Below are positions 25,797 through 36,468 of a stretch of 64,000 bases of DNA, one piece after another. A model generated the notes under the pieces. The model was not told where the DNA came from. It did not search any database and saw only the letters and a program-made list of their open reading frames with translations. The first letter of the stretch is position 1. Every line of letters starts with the position of its first letter. This DNA is from Trichosphaerium sp. ATCC 40318. Lineage: Eukaryota; Protista; Tubulinea. Where the stretch lies: positions 310,001-374,000 of the forward strand of contig JALMLS010000015.1 in the NCBI GenBank assembly GCA_038496445.1, in the 5' to 3' direction. The position numbers and the translations under genes are program-made.

Positions 25797-26972
25797 TTAA
25801 AGAAAAATTATACCATCTTCATCGGTATCGTTCTGGAAAGTTTTTAAAATATCCCAATTAACTTCTTTAATATCAGGATGAGCCATAGACCCGGTATCAA
25901 CCCATTTTCCATTGACAACTTTCATCCAATTTCGTGAAATTTCAACAGTGTTTACAAAAATCCCTTCAAGAGGCAACAAGAAATCCTCATGATCACCACT
26001 ACCATATCCTGGTGTACCATGACTTATAACCTTTACGCTTTTCAAAGCCTTCATACTAATAGCCATAGATGGCATGTAGAGATTAGCCTCTAGATTGATT
26101 GCATACACACCTGTAAGACCATTCAAGTCTGAAGGTACCAGCCCTTCGTTTCCAGCAATATTTAGTGTATGAACGCCTTGTAATGCTGTAAGACCTTGAT
26201 CAGTAATCCCTCTCCACCATTTATCTGCTGTTTCCATATAGCTTATATCAATAGCGTGAGCGCCTGCCAAATGCTTCAAGCCATCATCTGTTATATTTCT
26301 ACCTGCTCTCAGCGTAATAGTATGAACTCCTGCAAGATGTTTCAAGCCTTCATTTGTGATATTGAGACACTTTGTTAAATCGATTGTATGAACTCCAGCA
26401 AGAGCTTTTAAACCTTCGTCTGTTACTTTAGTGAACCCCAAGTTTATACAATGAACGCCAGCAAGTGCCTTTAAACCTTCATCTGTTACTTTGGTATGCT
26501 CGAGATTGATAGTGTGAACACCAGCAAGCGCTTTAATTCCTTCATCTGTGATTGATTGATTTTCGTTGAGGTTTATTTCATGAACACCTCCAAGAGATTT
26601 TAAACTCACGTCAGTAACTTGAGGACACTCGGATAAATCGATCGTATGTACTCCAGCTAGCAAACAAACCGATTTATCCGGATTACCTTTCAGAAAACGG
26701 GAAGTAACGATCACGTGGGTGTTGCGCTGTATTCCTTTGCATTCAGAGATCATTTTTACATTGTCTTCGTTCGCGTATATCTTGTTGTAGCCGATATTAC
26801 CATGTATTAGCTTTAAGAACGTCAAACATGTTGCTGCGGCAGCGCATCGATCTGTATCAGTGTATAAAAGCGATAATATTACATACCACACTTCATGAGG
26901 AATATCATCATATGAAGGCGTAATAGTTGGCGATTTAGATGGAGAACGTTTGCTACTGGCGTTGCAGTTCAT
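25797..26972 (-). CDS. Intronless F-box + leucine-rich-repeat protein
   Basis: Single 391-aa ORF; DDIPHEVWYVILSLL..AAATCLTF (F-box); repeats of the form GVHTIxL....TDEGLKAL. Confidence 0.9.
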   Translation of the reverse strand: MNCNASSKRSPSKSPTITPSYDDIPHEVWYVILSLLYTDTDRCAAAATCLTFLKLIHGNIGYNKIYANEDNVKMISECKGIQRNTHVIVTSRFLKGNPDKSVCLLAGVHTIDLSECPQVTDVSLKSLGGVHEINLNENQSITDEGIKALAGVHTINLEHTKVTDEGLKALAGVHCINLGFTKVTDEGLKALAGVHTIDLTKCLNITNEGLKHLAGVHTITLRAGRNITDDGLKHLAGAHAIDISYMETADKWWRGITDQGLTALQGVHTLNIAGNEGLVPSDLNGLTGVYAINLEANLYMPSMAISMKALKSVKVISHGTPGYGSGDHEDFLLPLEGIFVNTVEISRNWMKVVNGKWVDTGSMAHPDIKEVNWDILKTFQNDTDEDGIIFL

Positions 26973-27120
26973 GTTAAGGTGTTTATGCTTTCCTGCGGAA
27001 CAAATTGCGGAATTGCTGTGACGAATTCATAAAAACAATTCTCCGAAAAGTACGTAATATACAGCTGTTAGATATTACACAATCATTTATTACAACTCGA
27101 AAAGTACGGACGCTACAACA

Positions 27121-27278
27121 GGCTGAAATTAGCTTGTTTGCGAACGAGCAATTTGACCCGAAAGAAATCGAAATGAATGAGTGAACAAGCTACTAAGAGC
27201 CTTCCAACTTTGCCGTTCGCTCATTTATTCAATTGCTTTGGGCTAAATCGCTCATTTGCGAACAAACTAATTTCAGTC
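27121..27278. mobile_element. Foldback / MITE-like inverted repeat with arms of about 65 bp; possibly part of a larger element ending near 27793
   Basis: ggctgaaattagcttgtttgcgaacgagcaattt... versus ...aaatcgctcatttgcgaacaaactaatttcagtc; a further atttcagcc end lies near 27784-27792. Confidence 0.7.
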
Positions 27279-27642
27279 TCGATTGATCTGTGTTTCGTAG
27301 GTCTGTTGTACGTAAAGGTACTTTCTCAAAATTTTCTCTTTTCTCCTTTAAAAGTATCTTTATGCCGTATGAATTTGATCGCGATGTAGTATTACGATAT
27401 CACCAAAATGGCTACCACATCAATCTCGTCGAAGGAAAAGGTTTCAATACGAATACCGTGCAGAATGAAAACGACCGCAACCCAGCTGTCTAGGAAAAAC
27501 CATGGTTGGGTATAGTAATCCTTTTATGTAAATTCAAACAACCATACACAACTTTAGATTTGCCCTCTGTTTACTTCAACTGCACAGATACAGGTTCTGG
27601 AACAAGCCATTACATTGTTCTCTTCGGTTAAACTGTAAAAGA

Positions 27643-27694
27643 ATGAGATTCGAAGGAAGAGAAAAGAGATGAGATTCGAAGGAAGAGAAAAGAG
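27643..27694. repeat. Perfect 26-bp tandem duplication
   Basis: atgagattcgaaggaagagaaaagag twice. Confidence 0.9.
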
Positions 27695-28132
27695 GCTTAC
27701 TATGAAAATTGGTAGCAAAGAAGTCACTGTGCTTCGAAATCACAAGATTCTGAAAGTATACCAAAACGAGCAAAACCAAGGCTATTTCAGCCTACAATCT
27801 ACCTGCTCGATTCTTAGGTGCAATACGCGTTGACGTTAGGGACATATAAAGGTTCCAGTCAACGACGATTCCCGAAATCCGGCGGAAGCTTGATAACAGT
27901 TTTCAAAAACTCAAACTTTTCTGAGAATTCCGAAGCAGCTGGAATTCCGCAAACCATGTGCCCGTAACAGGCTCAATCATTGCACCACGTTGTTGAGTCC
28001 TCGGTATAAAAGTTATATTTTTGGTTCTGGCTACTTAGGCTTCCATTATCGCTTTTTCTTCAACTCAAAAAAAAACGTCAAATAGTCAACTTCAGTTGTT
28101 GGCCTAGTAAATTTTAACAAGCCTCAAAACTG

Positions 28133-29603
28133 ATGGCAACGTCAGAACAAGTTGAGTTCTACAAGGAGAATGGGTATTTACTACTTGAAAACGTTTTTAC
28201 GCCTGAAGAGATGAAAAAAGCTAAACAAGCAGAAACCGGTACCTTCAAGCGCATTTTTTGAAGCTTTTGGTTGTTTATCAATGGGTTTTACCTAAAACGT
28301 ACAAGATTTATGGAAAACAGTTGAAGCTGGTGGTAATACATTGAACGCAACGTGGCCTGGAAGATGGCAACAAGTTGATCAGTACAAAGACGGTATAACT
28401 GACAAACTTTTTTGAATCGAACCTCAAATAATTTATGCTCACGTGACAAAAAAAAAGTCTAACGAAAAGACGAAAAGAAAAAAAACTTTCACTTTTTTTG
28501 CTCACGTGAGTCTAAAAACTCAAAGCACAGTGTGGTCTCAGACTTTCTCTATTGTTTTGTTTGTTGAGATTGCTCTAGTTGTTAAAAAGAACGACAAGGT
28601 TTTGTCAGTTCATAACGTCCAAAATCACAATGTAGTGTTCACAGAGATGTTATTCAATAAGTCACTCAACAGTGTAGTTGCAGATTTAATGCCAGATAAG
28701 CGTGTACGCTGAAAACAAGTCCTAAGAATATCTATCTACGCCTAACTTTTTTACCTCCAGGTTTGTTTACATCATACGAAGCTTCACAAAAAGCCACCAA
28801 AGGAAGGATGTCCTTTCCCTATGCATCAAGATTACCCTTACTTTCCACATAAAAGAGATTCGCTTATTGCAGCAGTAATTTACCTTGGTACCACACCTAA
28901 ACCTGAACACTGATTATCTTGAAACTAAACTTTCTGTTTTTTTGCAGACGATGCAAAAGTGGAGAATGGCTGTATGTACGTTGTCAAAGGGTCTCACAAG
29001 AATGTACTATTTTTCTCAACACACAATTCATATTTAGTACTGGCATTGACTTTCTACTACCTTAGGGTGCTGCCGATTCACTACAAGCCAAGGTACAAAA
29101 CATTTACAATAGCAAAAGTGGTGTTAACTTTTTCTTGTTTCCAGGACTATTACTATCTAGACCCAGATAAGTACTTTGCGTCTGATGCAACGCCTATAGA
29201 GGCTAAAGCTGGTTCAGTACTACTCATTAGTTACTTTACATACCATGGATCTTATCCAAACGAGTACGCAATTCCATCTCCGTGTGACCATAAAAAAAAA
29301 CTAAGTAAAACAGAGTTTTGGTCATTGTACCACTTACTCACGTGTTTTAAACGGTCCCTAGTATTAGTAACTGATATACTTATTCCTTATTTATTAGATC
29401 AGAAAGATCTAGAAGCGTTCTTATTCACCAACTCATGTCTCCTTCTGACGAATATACAAAAAAAGTACCATTGAACAATTGATTGTATTTCAAATTCAAG
29501 ATGAAGATTTATTTGAGAGTAGGTTCATATATCCCCTGGAAGGGGCCTAATGTTATGGGGAGGAAGTATCGTTGATGAAAAAGCGGTGTTTCAAACCAGG
29601 TAA
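28133..29603 (+). CDS. PhyH-family Fe(II)/2-oxoglutarate dioxygenase (multi-exon)
   Basis: MATSEQVEFYKENGYLLLENVF; KPPKEGCPFPMHQDYPYFPH; IYLDDAKVENGCMYVVKGSHK; TYHGSYPN. Confidence 0.9.
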
Positions 29604-30237
29604 TTTAGATAAAACAAAAGAAATACTATATTTAGAAATTTCACTTAATTTTTTCGCAATAGAGGCTACGATCCTCATGCAGTAGAAGACGCGAAATAAA
29701 CCAAAGAAGAAATCTATAAAACAACATTGTTTCATGTTGAACTTCTAGTACCCAATAAAAAAGGGAAGCAGTAGAGAGAAGCAACCTTTTTTATCAAAGT
29801 ATTCCGAATAATTTAAGAACCTGATTCCAACAAGTTGACAATTGTAGCTTGGAGCGCAGCCCATCCAGCATGTTAAAAAGTATTTGTAAGGTTTTAAGTT
29901 TAATTGTTTGCTTTAAAAACGCACTAATAATGCCGCAAAAAAAGTTCACGAGCCGGATAAAAGTGTAAAGAATATTTCACAATTTTCACGTGATAAAGGT
30001 GCGAAAATAACGAGATTTCTTTTACATTTCCGTTCAACACACTGGCAATGGCCACTATAAAGACACTAACTGACTACACTACGCCTAAGATAACTATAAT
30101 TTCCAAACATGTGATCCTATCGCGTTTACTCAACAAACCACCATCAAAACGTTTAATCACAGAATCTGGTAAAGACCTTTCACTTCATGCACATCATTAG
30201 TACCACACTCAATACCATAACACAAGCATTACACATA

Positions 30238-31136
30238 TGAGTATCAAAACGCAGAATTGCATTCTAACTAACCTTCCTGTCGAGCTTCTGCTTGACATGG
30301 AAGATTTAGACTTTGATGTATTTAAAAATGCCTCTGTTATCGAAATATACATCAACTACAAGGTTCGATGGTGACTTGAACAAACACGGGAAATGGATAA
30401 ACCGTAAAACCAAAATTGAGGCCTATAGCAGCGAAAAAGAAGATAAAATACCGATTAGGGAATTACACAAAACTTGCTACTATCTACACGGCAAGCTCGA
30501 TGGAGAGTACAAGAAGTGGTATTGCTTTAATGGGTGGCATTCTGACAAAAGTGGTGGATTATACAAGCAGTGTACTTATGTAAACGATATTCTAGAAGGA
30601 GAGTACAAGATTTGGACAAGAGAAGGTAAATTATACAAGCAGTGTAACTACGTCAATGGTATTCTTGATGGAGAATACAAGGTTTGGGGTTCATGGGACA
30701 ATAGTAGGACGCAAGAATGTCATTATGTTAATGGCATGCGAGAAGGAGAATATAAAAAGTGGTATTACAGTGGTGTATTAAAGAAGCAATGTACGTACAT
30801 CAATGGCATCCTTGATGGTGAGTTTAAAAAGTGGTGAAATGTGGAAGTTGCACAATTATGTTAATGGTATTCTGGAAGGAGAATACAAGATTTGGTATAA
30901 CAAAGGTATACCAAAACAACATTGCTGCTATGTGAATGGCAAACTTGATGGCGAATATAAGTGTTGGCGAGAGTGGTATAATAAAACAACATTGTAATTA
31001 CGCTAATGGTAAGCGTGAAGGAGAGTACAAGGTGTACTATGACAATGGCCAATTAAAATGTCATTGTTGGTATGCAAACGATAAATGTAAAGGTTTTCAA
31101 AAACGTTGGTTATACAATGGTAGATCATTGCAATAA
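30238..31136 (+). pseudogene. Frameshifted intronless F-box-like + MORN/YwqK-type repeat gene
   Basis: MSIKTQNCILTNLPVELLLDM; repeats YVNGILEGEYKxW split over several frames (shifts near 30325, 30835, 30965). Confidence 0.75.
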
Positions 31137-31200
31137 AAAGAAAACTAATGACTATGTTTTGTTTGCCCACGTGCAATTTGAAATTCTGAAAATACAGTTA

Positions 31201-31395
31201 TCGAAAGCTCTAACTTGTGTTACAAGGTGACTACGCTGAGTTGGGTAAAACTTGGGAAGCTTATGGGTGCTTGGATGGATAAGAAAGGTCATAAGCACAA
31301 GGATATTGAAGCGACAAATAGTGACTCTTGGGAGGCGTATCTGACGGATCCAACCACTGAATAGGATACTTCAAAAACGACTAGTGAATGTAAAG
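31201..31395 (+). pseudogene. GyrI-like small-molecule-binding domain relic
   Basis: Reconstructed over two frameshifts and a stop: KALTCV/QGDYAELGKTW/KLMGAWMDKKGHK..DSWEAYLTDPTTE*DTSK. Confidence 0.55.
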
Positions 31396-31471
31396 TAGTA
31401 TAAAAACACTACTCTGAGCATTACCAATGTATGGCTGGAACTTCTTTAGTTTTGTAAGCAACTTTTATTAA

Positions 31472-32538
31472 TCACATTACCATACATCTGCGCTGTTTAC
31501 GTTTTGTTGCTACTGGAGTTTGGGGTATATCAAATTTACGTAATTCTAGCAAGCTCATAAAACTGTTCATCAATATTGACACGTGTTTTGGCAGATGCCT
31601 CAAAAATAATACATTCATCTTGTTTTGCAAGTTCGATTCCTTCTTCTGTGGTTACTTGTCTATCTTCCTCCAAGTCTGCTTTATTTCCTACAAGTACAAA
31701 AGGAATTTCTGTAGGGCCCAATCCTTTCATGCTACAGAGAAATAATTTAGTTCTCTAAATCCAACTCTAGAGGTGGTCGTGTTCCGGTCCAGCTACGAAG
31801 GCTATAAAATCCGTAGCCGATTAACCGACGGCTAAGAAACTCAGAAAGAAAATCGGCTATCGGCAAGCTGTTTAAAAATATTATGTTCGATACATAGGTC
31901 CAAAGCCTAGTATCTAACAAAAAATGCAAAAAGGTTTGAGTTTTCCCTCTTTTTTCTTAGCCGGTCCCAAAAACTTAAACGGCTAACCAGTTATAGCCTT
32001 TTTACCGACCACCTCTATCCAACTCTATTAAAAAAAAATCTCGTGTAACAACTTATGAAAATGTGCTATGAAAATAGTAGGCAAGACTCTAGTTCTGTTA
32101 CCTGTAAACCTTGTCAAATAAGCCTTGCATCTCTTCAAATGCAAGTCTATCTGTGATGCTGTACATTAAAATAAAGCCACGACCACCTAGAATGCTGGAC
32201 TACATAACCTGTTAGATTGGCTCAACCTAAAAAGCTTTATTTACCGTTTCATACATCTTGAAGGGGTCAGTAGTTTCTGTTGTGTCTACAATACAAAGTA
32301 CTGCAGTTCTGTCGTCTATGGTGACTTGCTTGCGGGACCTTAGTGCGTGGGTGAGCGTTTAGAGTTATTTTTAACTGTGTTTAGACTTGTTAAAACGTTT
32401 TACAAAAAAGCTCCGTGCTCACGAATATTCAATTGCTGAGTCGTATTGTTGTAGAAATATGGTGTCAATGAACTGTAATGTTGTTGCTGATTTTCCAACG
32501 CCTGTAGGGCCTAATACGACAATGCGATAGCGGCTCAT
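31472..32538 (-). CDS. Atypical Ras-family GTPase with degenerate G2/G3 motifs and a frameshift before the CAAX box (possible pseudogene)
   Basis: GPTGVGKS; YDSAIE; DTTETT; NKAD; SAK; in-frame stop after ELARIT, with KRKQRRCMVM* in a shifted frame. Confidence 0.75.
31768..32017. mobile_element. 250-bp hAT-type MITE in intron 3 of the atypical Ras gene
   Basis: 12-bp perfect TIR TAGAGGTGGTCG...CGACCACCTCTA; 8-bp TSD TCCAACTC at 31760-31767 and 32018-32025; subterminal GGCTA/TAGCC motifs. Confidence 0.93.
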
Positions 32539-33040
32539 TTCAAAGCTTGTGAGGGGTAGGTAGCCATGAGTTTAATCTGTGAGGTGGCGTTGTTGACTGT
32601 ATTTTACTTGTTTCACTGAAATCCAATTAACGGTTACGATGTGACAATCCAATACTGTAACCTACCCTTTTCATTCCAGATGAGGTTCTTCATTGCTAAT
32701 ACAACTTTCTTATCATCGCAAATACGTTTCATAGCTCCTGAAATAATAATGTAATCTTTGGCTCGGTGAGTCCTTGTATTTAGTAAACCTAGATTTGACT
32801 AAAAAAAAAATAGTAATCGCAAGTATAACTATGCACTGGGGCCAATTAGTGACTTTAAGTTCAGAGACAATGTCATTATATTAGACGGTCACCATAAACT
32901 ACTAGCTATTATGGATACTTTACCTGCTACCAGTTTAGTTGGTCGACCACAAGATAATATGACAATTGGTTCAAAAAAAAAAAGAGAAATTTATACACTG
33001 CTAGCGAATACGAGTGACATATCTCAACAAGATATTTAAC

Positions 33041-33180
33041 TATTGTCCGTTTCAAGCTTGTCAAGCAGTCACTTTGTCATTTGTTTTTCTCGTTACCTCC
33101 AATGATACTACAACAAATAAAGTGCATCAAGAGTGAAAAAAAAAACTGGCAAAATAACTAGTTGACTGAAACGGACAATA
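33041..33180. mobile_element. 140-bp MITE with TA ends (Tc1/mariner-like)
   Basis: 14-bp perfect inverted ends TATTGTCCGTTTCA / TGAAACGGACAATA, plus imperfect inner inverted arms. Confidence 0.7.
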
Positions 33181-33226
33181 TAAACAAGTAATTTATTTAC
33201 TGTCTAAAGTTTATTCGATAATGATA

Positions 33227-33982
33227 TTATGATATGATATTCCTTGCAACCTTGGCTCTTTGTAGTTTACCAATGACTTCATATGTAATTTTAAAACAAC
33301 ATCGTATATCTAATGTATCAGCACCACTTAACGCCATAATACCATCACATGTTATCTTGTCACACCTGAAAAGTTTTATGGTATGTACTCCTTTAAGAGC
33401 TTTAATGCCTTTATCAGATATATTAGAACAGTATGAAAGATCAATATCATGAACACCTGCCAACATTGCAACACCTTCATCTGTTATTTTGTAACAATGT
33501 CCAAGGTTAATAGTGTGAACGCCTTTAAGATGTTTAATCCCTTCATCTCTAATGTTACCACATTCAAACAAGTTCACTGTATGTACTCCAGATAGATACT
33601 TTAACCCTTTATCTGTAACGAGACGGTGAAGAGGTCCGCATCTTGGTAGAAGGGAAGACGAAACAGGTGATCCTCCATGCGGTGCGTAGAAAACCGTGTT
33701 TTGTCCACGTCTGAAGTACTTAATGCCTTCAAGTGCGATCAAAATATCGTCTGTAGGTCGAGGGCAATACACGTGGGCTGTTTTAAGAATATAGGGATAC
33801 TTTGAAAGTACTTGAGCAGAGGGAAAAGAAGTTATGTTAATTGTTCTGTAGCCAACGTTATTATGTATTAAATCTCTAAACACAGTATTCGCTTGGGCTG
33901 AATTACATCTATCACTATCGCTTAAATAGCTTAGAATCATCACATTGATTTCATTGGGTACATCTGCAAGCGTGGTATCCAT
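33227..33982 (-). CDS. Intronless F-box + LRR protein (paralog of 25797-26972)
   Basis: LADVPNEINVMILSYLSDSDRCNSAQAN; GVHTINLGHCYKITDEGV-type repeats. Confidence 0.9.
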   Translation of the reverse strand: MDTTLADVPNEINVMILSYLSDSDRCNSAQANTVFRDLIHNNVGYRTINITSFPSAQVLSKYPYILKTAHVYCPRPTDDILIALEGIKYFRRGQNTVFYAPHGGSPVSSSLLPRCGPLHRLVTDKGLKYLSGVHTVNLFECGNIRDEGIKHLKGVHTINLGHCYKITDEGVAMLAGVHDIDLSYCSNISDKGIKALKGVHTIKLFRCDKITCDGIMALSGADTLDIRCCFKITYEVIGKLQRAKVARNIIS

Positions 33983-34299
33983 TATTAGAGCTTTTTGATA
34001 TCAGGTTAAGTCATTTTGCGGTTCTTGGTTCTCGGTTTCAGCAAATACTGAAACATTGTGTGTGATATGTACTTACCACTGTACACATGTAGGCTTGCTA
34101 CTCCAACACTATACATAAGGAACTGCCCGTTGGTACGTTTATCGAGGACACGTGTAAGTTTTCCATGGATAACACTGTAATTTGCACCTTTCAGGAAATG
34201 AAACTGAACTATAGTTAAGCTATTGCTTTATGTGCATCCTCAGTAACACAAACATATAAATAATAAAGTATTAATTGTTACATTTCAAAGGGATCATTT

Positions 34300-34960
34300 A
34301 AATCAATGTCACCCCCTTTGAGTGATAGTTACACCTAATTTTTCAATACATTCTTTTGCGACAAGACTATCCGCTGAGACTTTAAGGTATTTAAGAGATT
34401 TAAATTGTTTCAAGAAATAAAGTGTAATAGATTGACCATGTGCTTCAATACTGAGCTTGATATCTTGGTACACTGGAAAAGACATAACTTTTTATGGTTA
34501 ATGTAACGTGCAACAGCATAGCTAGTACATACAATAAAAGCAATACTTTCGAGATTTACCAAATCGTTGAATACTGTATTTTGTAAAATCACACGCCTGG
34601 AAAATGATTTTGAGGTGTACCAAGTACTTTAGTGATACAAAAGTAACACTATCGCAGTCTATAATATCAAGGTGAATACAGATTTACCAATCCCATGTCG
34701 GTGACATGCTTACAATTGACCATGAATAAGTGTTTACATTTTGTATGACTTGAATGCTCATCGTAACAGGTTCCTTCAAAAATAAATAGTGATGTACATT
34801 GCCAAGATGTTTGATCCAAGAGTCAAGCGGGTTAAACAGTGTAATTGTATGAACATATTTGAGCGCTTGAATGCCTTCACTGGTAATATTCTTGCACTTG
34901 GAAATGTCAATTGTGTGTACACCACTCAGTGCCTTTAATCAATCTTATGAATACTACATT
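34300..34960 (-). pseudogene. Degenerate LRR paralog
   Basis: Minus strand reads ALSGVHTIDISKCKNITSEGIQALKYVHTITL..IKHLGNVH, then stops and frameshifts. Confidence 0.65.
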
Positions 34961-35499
34961 CTTGTGTTGTAGTATTAAGCAAGTATACCTTCATCTGATA
35001 TGTTTGAATGACTAAGCTGGCACACGAATTAACTACTTTTGCCGTTCCATGCGGTTTTGACATTAATGCACAGGTTGCGCGTATTTAACAAGGAATACGG
35101 TAGAGTAGGCGCCTATTATTATGACTCCTTTGACTAGAGTGGACGTCCGTTTTTTTGACGTTGTGAAGCAGTCCGGTTTCACGAGGATGAGTCTATGCTT
35201 TATACACTTAACTACCGTTTTCGGACACTTTCTCGTGAAACTGGACATAAGGACTATTGTTACCCTAAGTACACGTAGAACAGTGTTTTTACAATAGTTT
35301 TGCTTACCACAACAAAAAAGTTCTCCATTTGCTCTACTTTAAAAGGCGGTAGACTTTTTCTACTACCCGAGGAGGAATCTCCCGCAAATTGGTCAAACCA
35401 ATAACAAGCACTGATGTGCTACTTCTGCAACAGAAGACAACAAAATTTACTATCAGAGATAGTCGCATTGACACGAAATCGTGTACCATTTAAACTTCC

Positions 35500-36110
35500 A
35501 ATGTGCGTGCATATGAGGAGACGTCCTCCTTCATTCTGCAAAGATTTGAAGAGTTCGAAGTACATCACCTAGAGCTGTATGCATGCTGGAGCCTTTGGTT
35601 GGCGAACTTCGCTGCAGGATTAGCCTGTATCGAACTCTCCAACACAGTGCACTTTTGTTTTGTTCTCCTAGAAATGACGCATTTTGATATATTGTGACCA
35701 ACTTCAATTGAATACAACGTACCAAATCCAAAGCGACTATGTTAGGAAGGCTGTTTAGCCAATTCAGGTTACACTTTCTGAAACTGTAAACCAAGCGCAT
35801 TATTCTCTAGTACGACTTGCTGATTTTGCACAACTCTTGATCGATACCACACTTGCAGCTGTCAAACGAAATCACGTTAAATAGATGTAATTCTGCTCAA
35901 TGAATACACTGTTTGAAGATTTAGTAAAGGTGTTGCAATATTGGCAGGGTTCATGATATTGATCTTTCATTCCGTTCTAGTATATCTGATTCAGGCGTTA
36001 AAGCTCTTAAAAGAGTACATACAATAAGTCTCTTTGAATGTTGGATGATACATGTGATGGTACCTAGCATTAAGCGGCTAATACTACAGATATACGATAT
36101 GGTTTTAGAG
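35500..36110 (+). pseudogene. Inverted degenerate copy of the 33227-33982 LRR gene
   Basis: 35925-36100 aligns at DNA level with the 3' end of that gene (ggtgttgcaat.ttggcagg..ttcatgatattgatctttcat...aaagctcttaaa.gagtacatac), with indels. Confidence 0.7.
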
Positions 36111-36468
36111 TTTCTCGTAGTGTTACTGACAAGCTACAAAAACCAAAGGCAGTTAGGACAATCACATCTATTACGAAATCGAATAGCCCCCTTCACCTAC
36201 AGTCCTACCATCTTTCCATAAAGTGTTACCAAAAAAATAAAAGCATATTCCATTGTCGAAGTAATTATTGTACATTAATTTAATTTACATTCTTCCTATT
36301 GACAGCCACGTCAATATAAAATCAAAGATAACAGCGTATGATATCTATTAATTTTTTTGTTTGCAAGAGGGTGAACCAAGGATGAAAAGAAAAAATCCTT
36401 TAGTATACTAGCCACACGTGGTTTTTTTTCGTTCGCTATTTTTTGTAACGAAAATAAGCCCACGTGTT

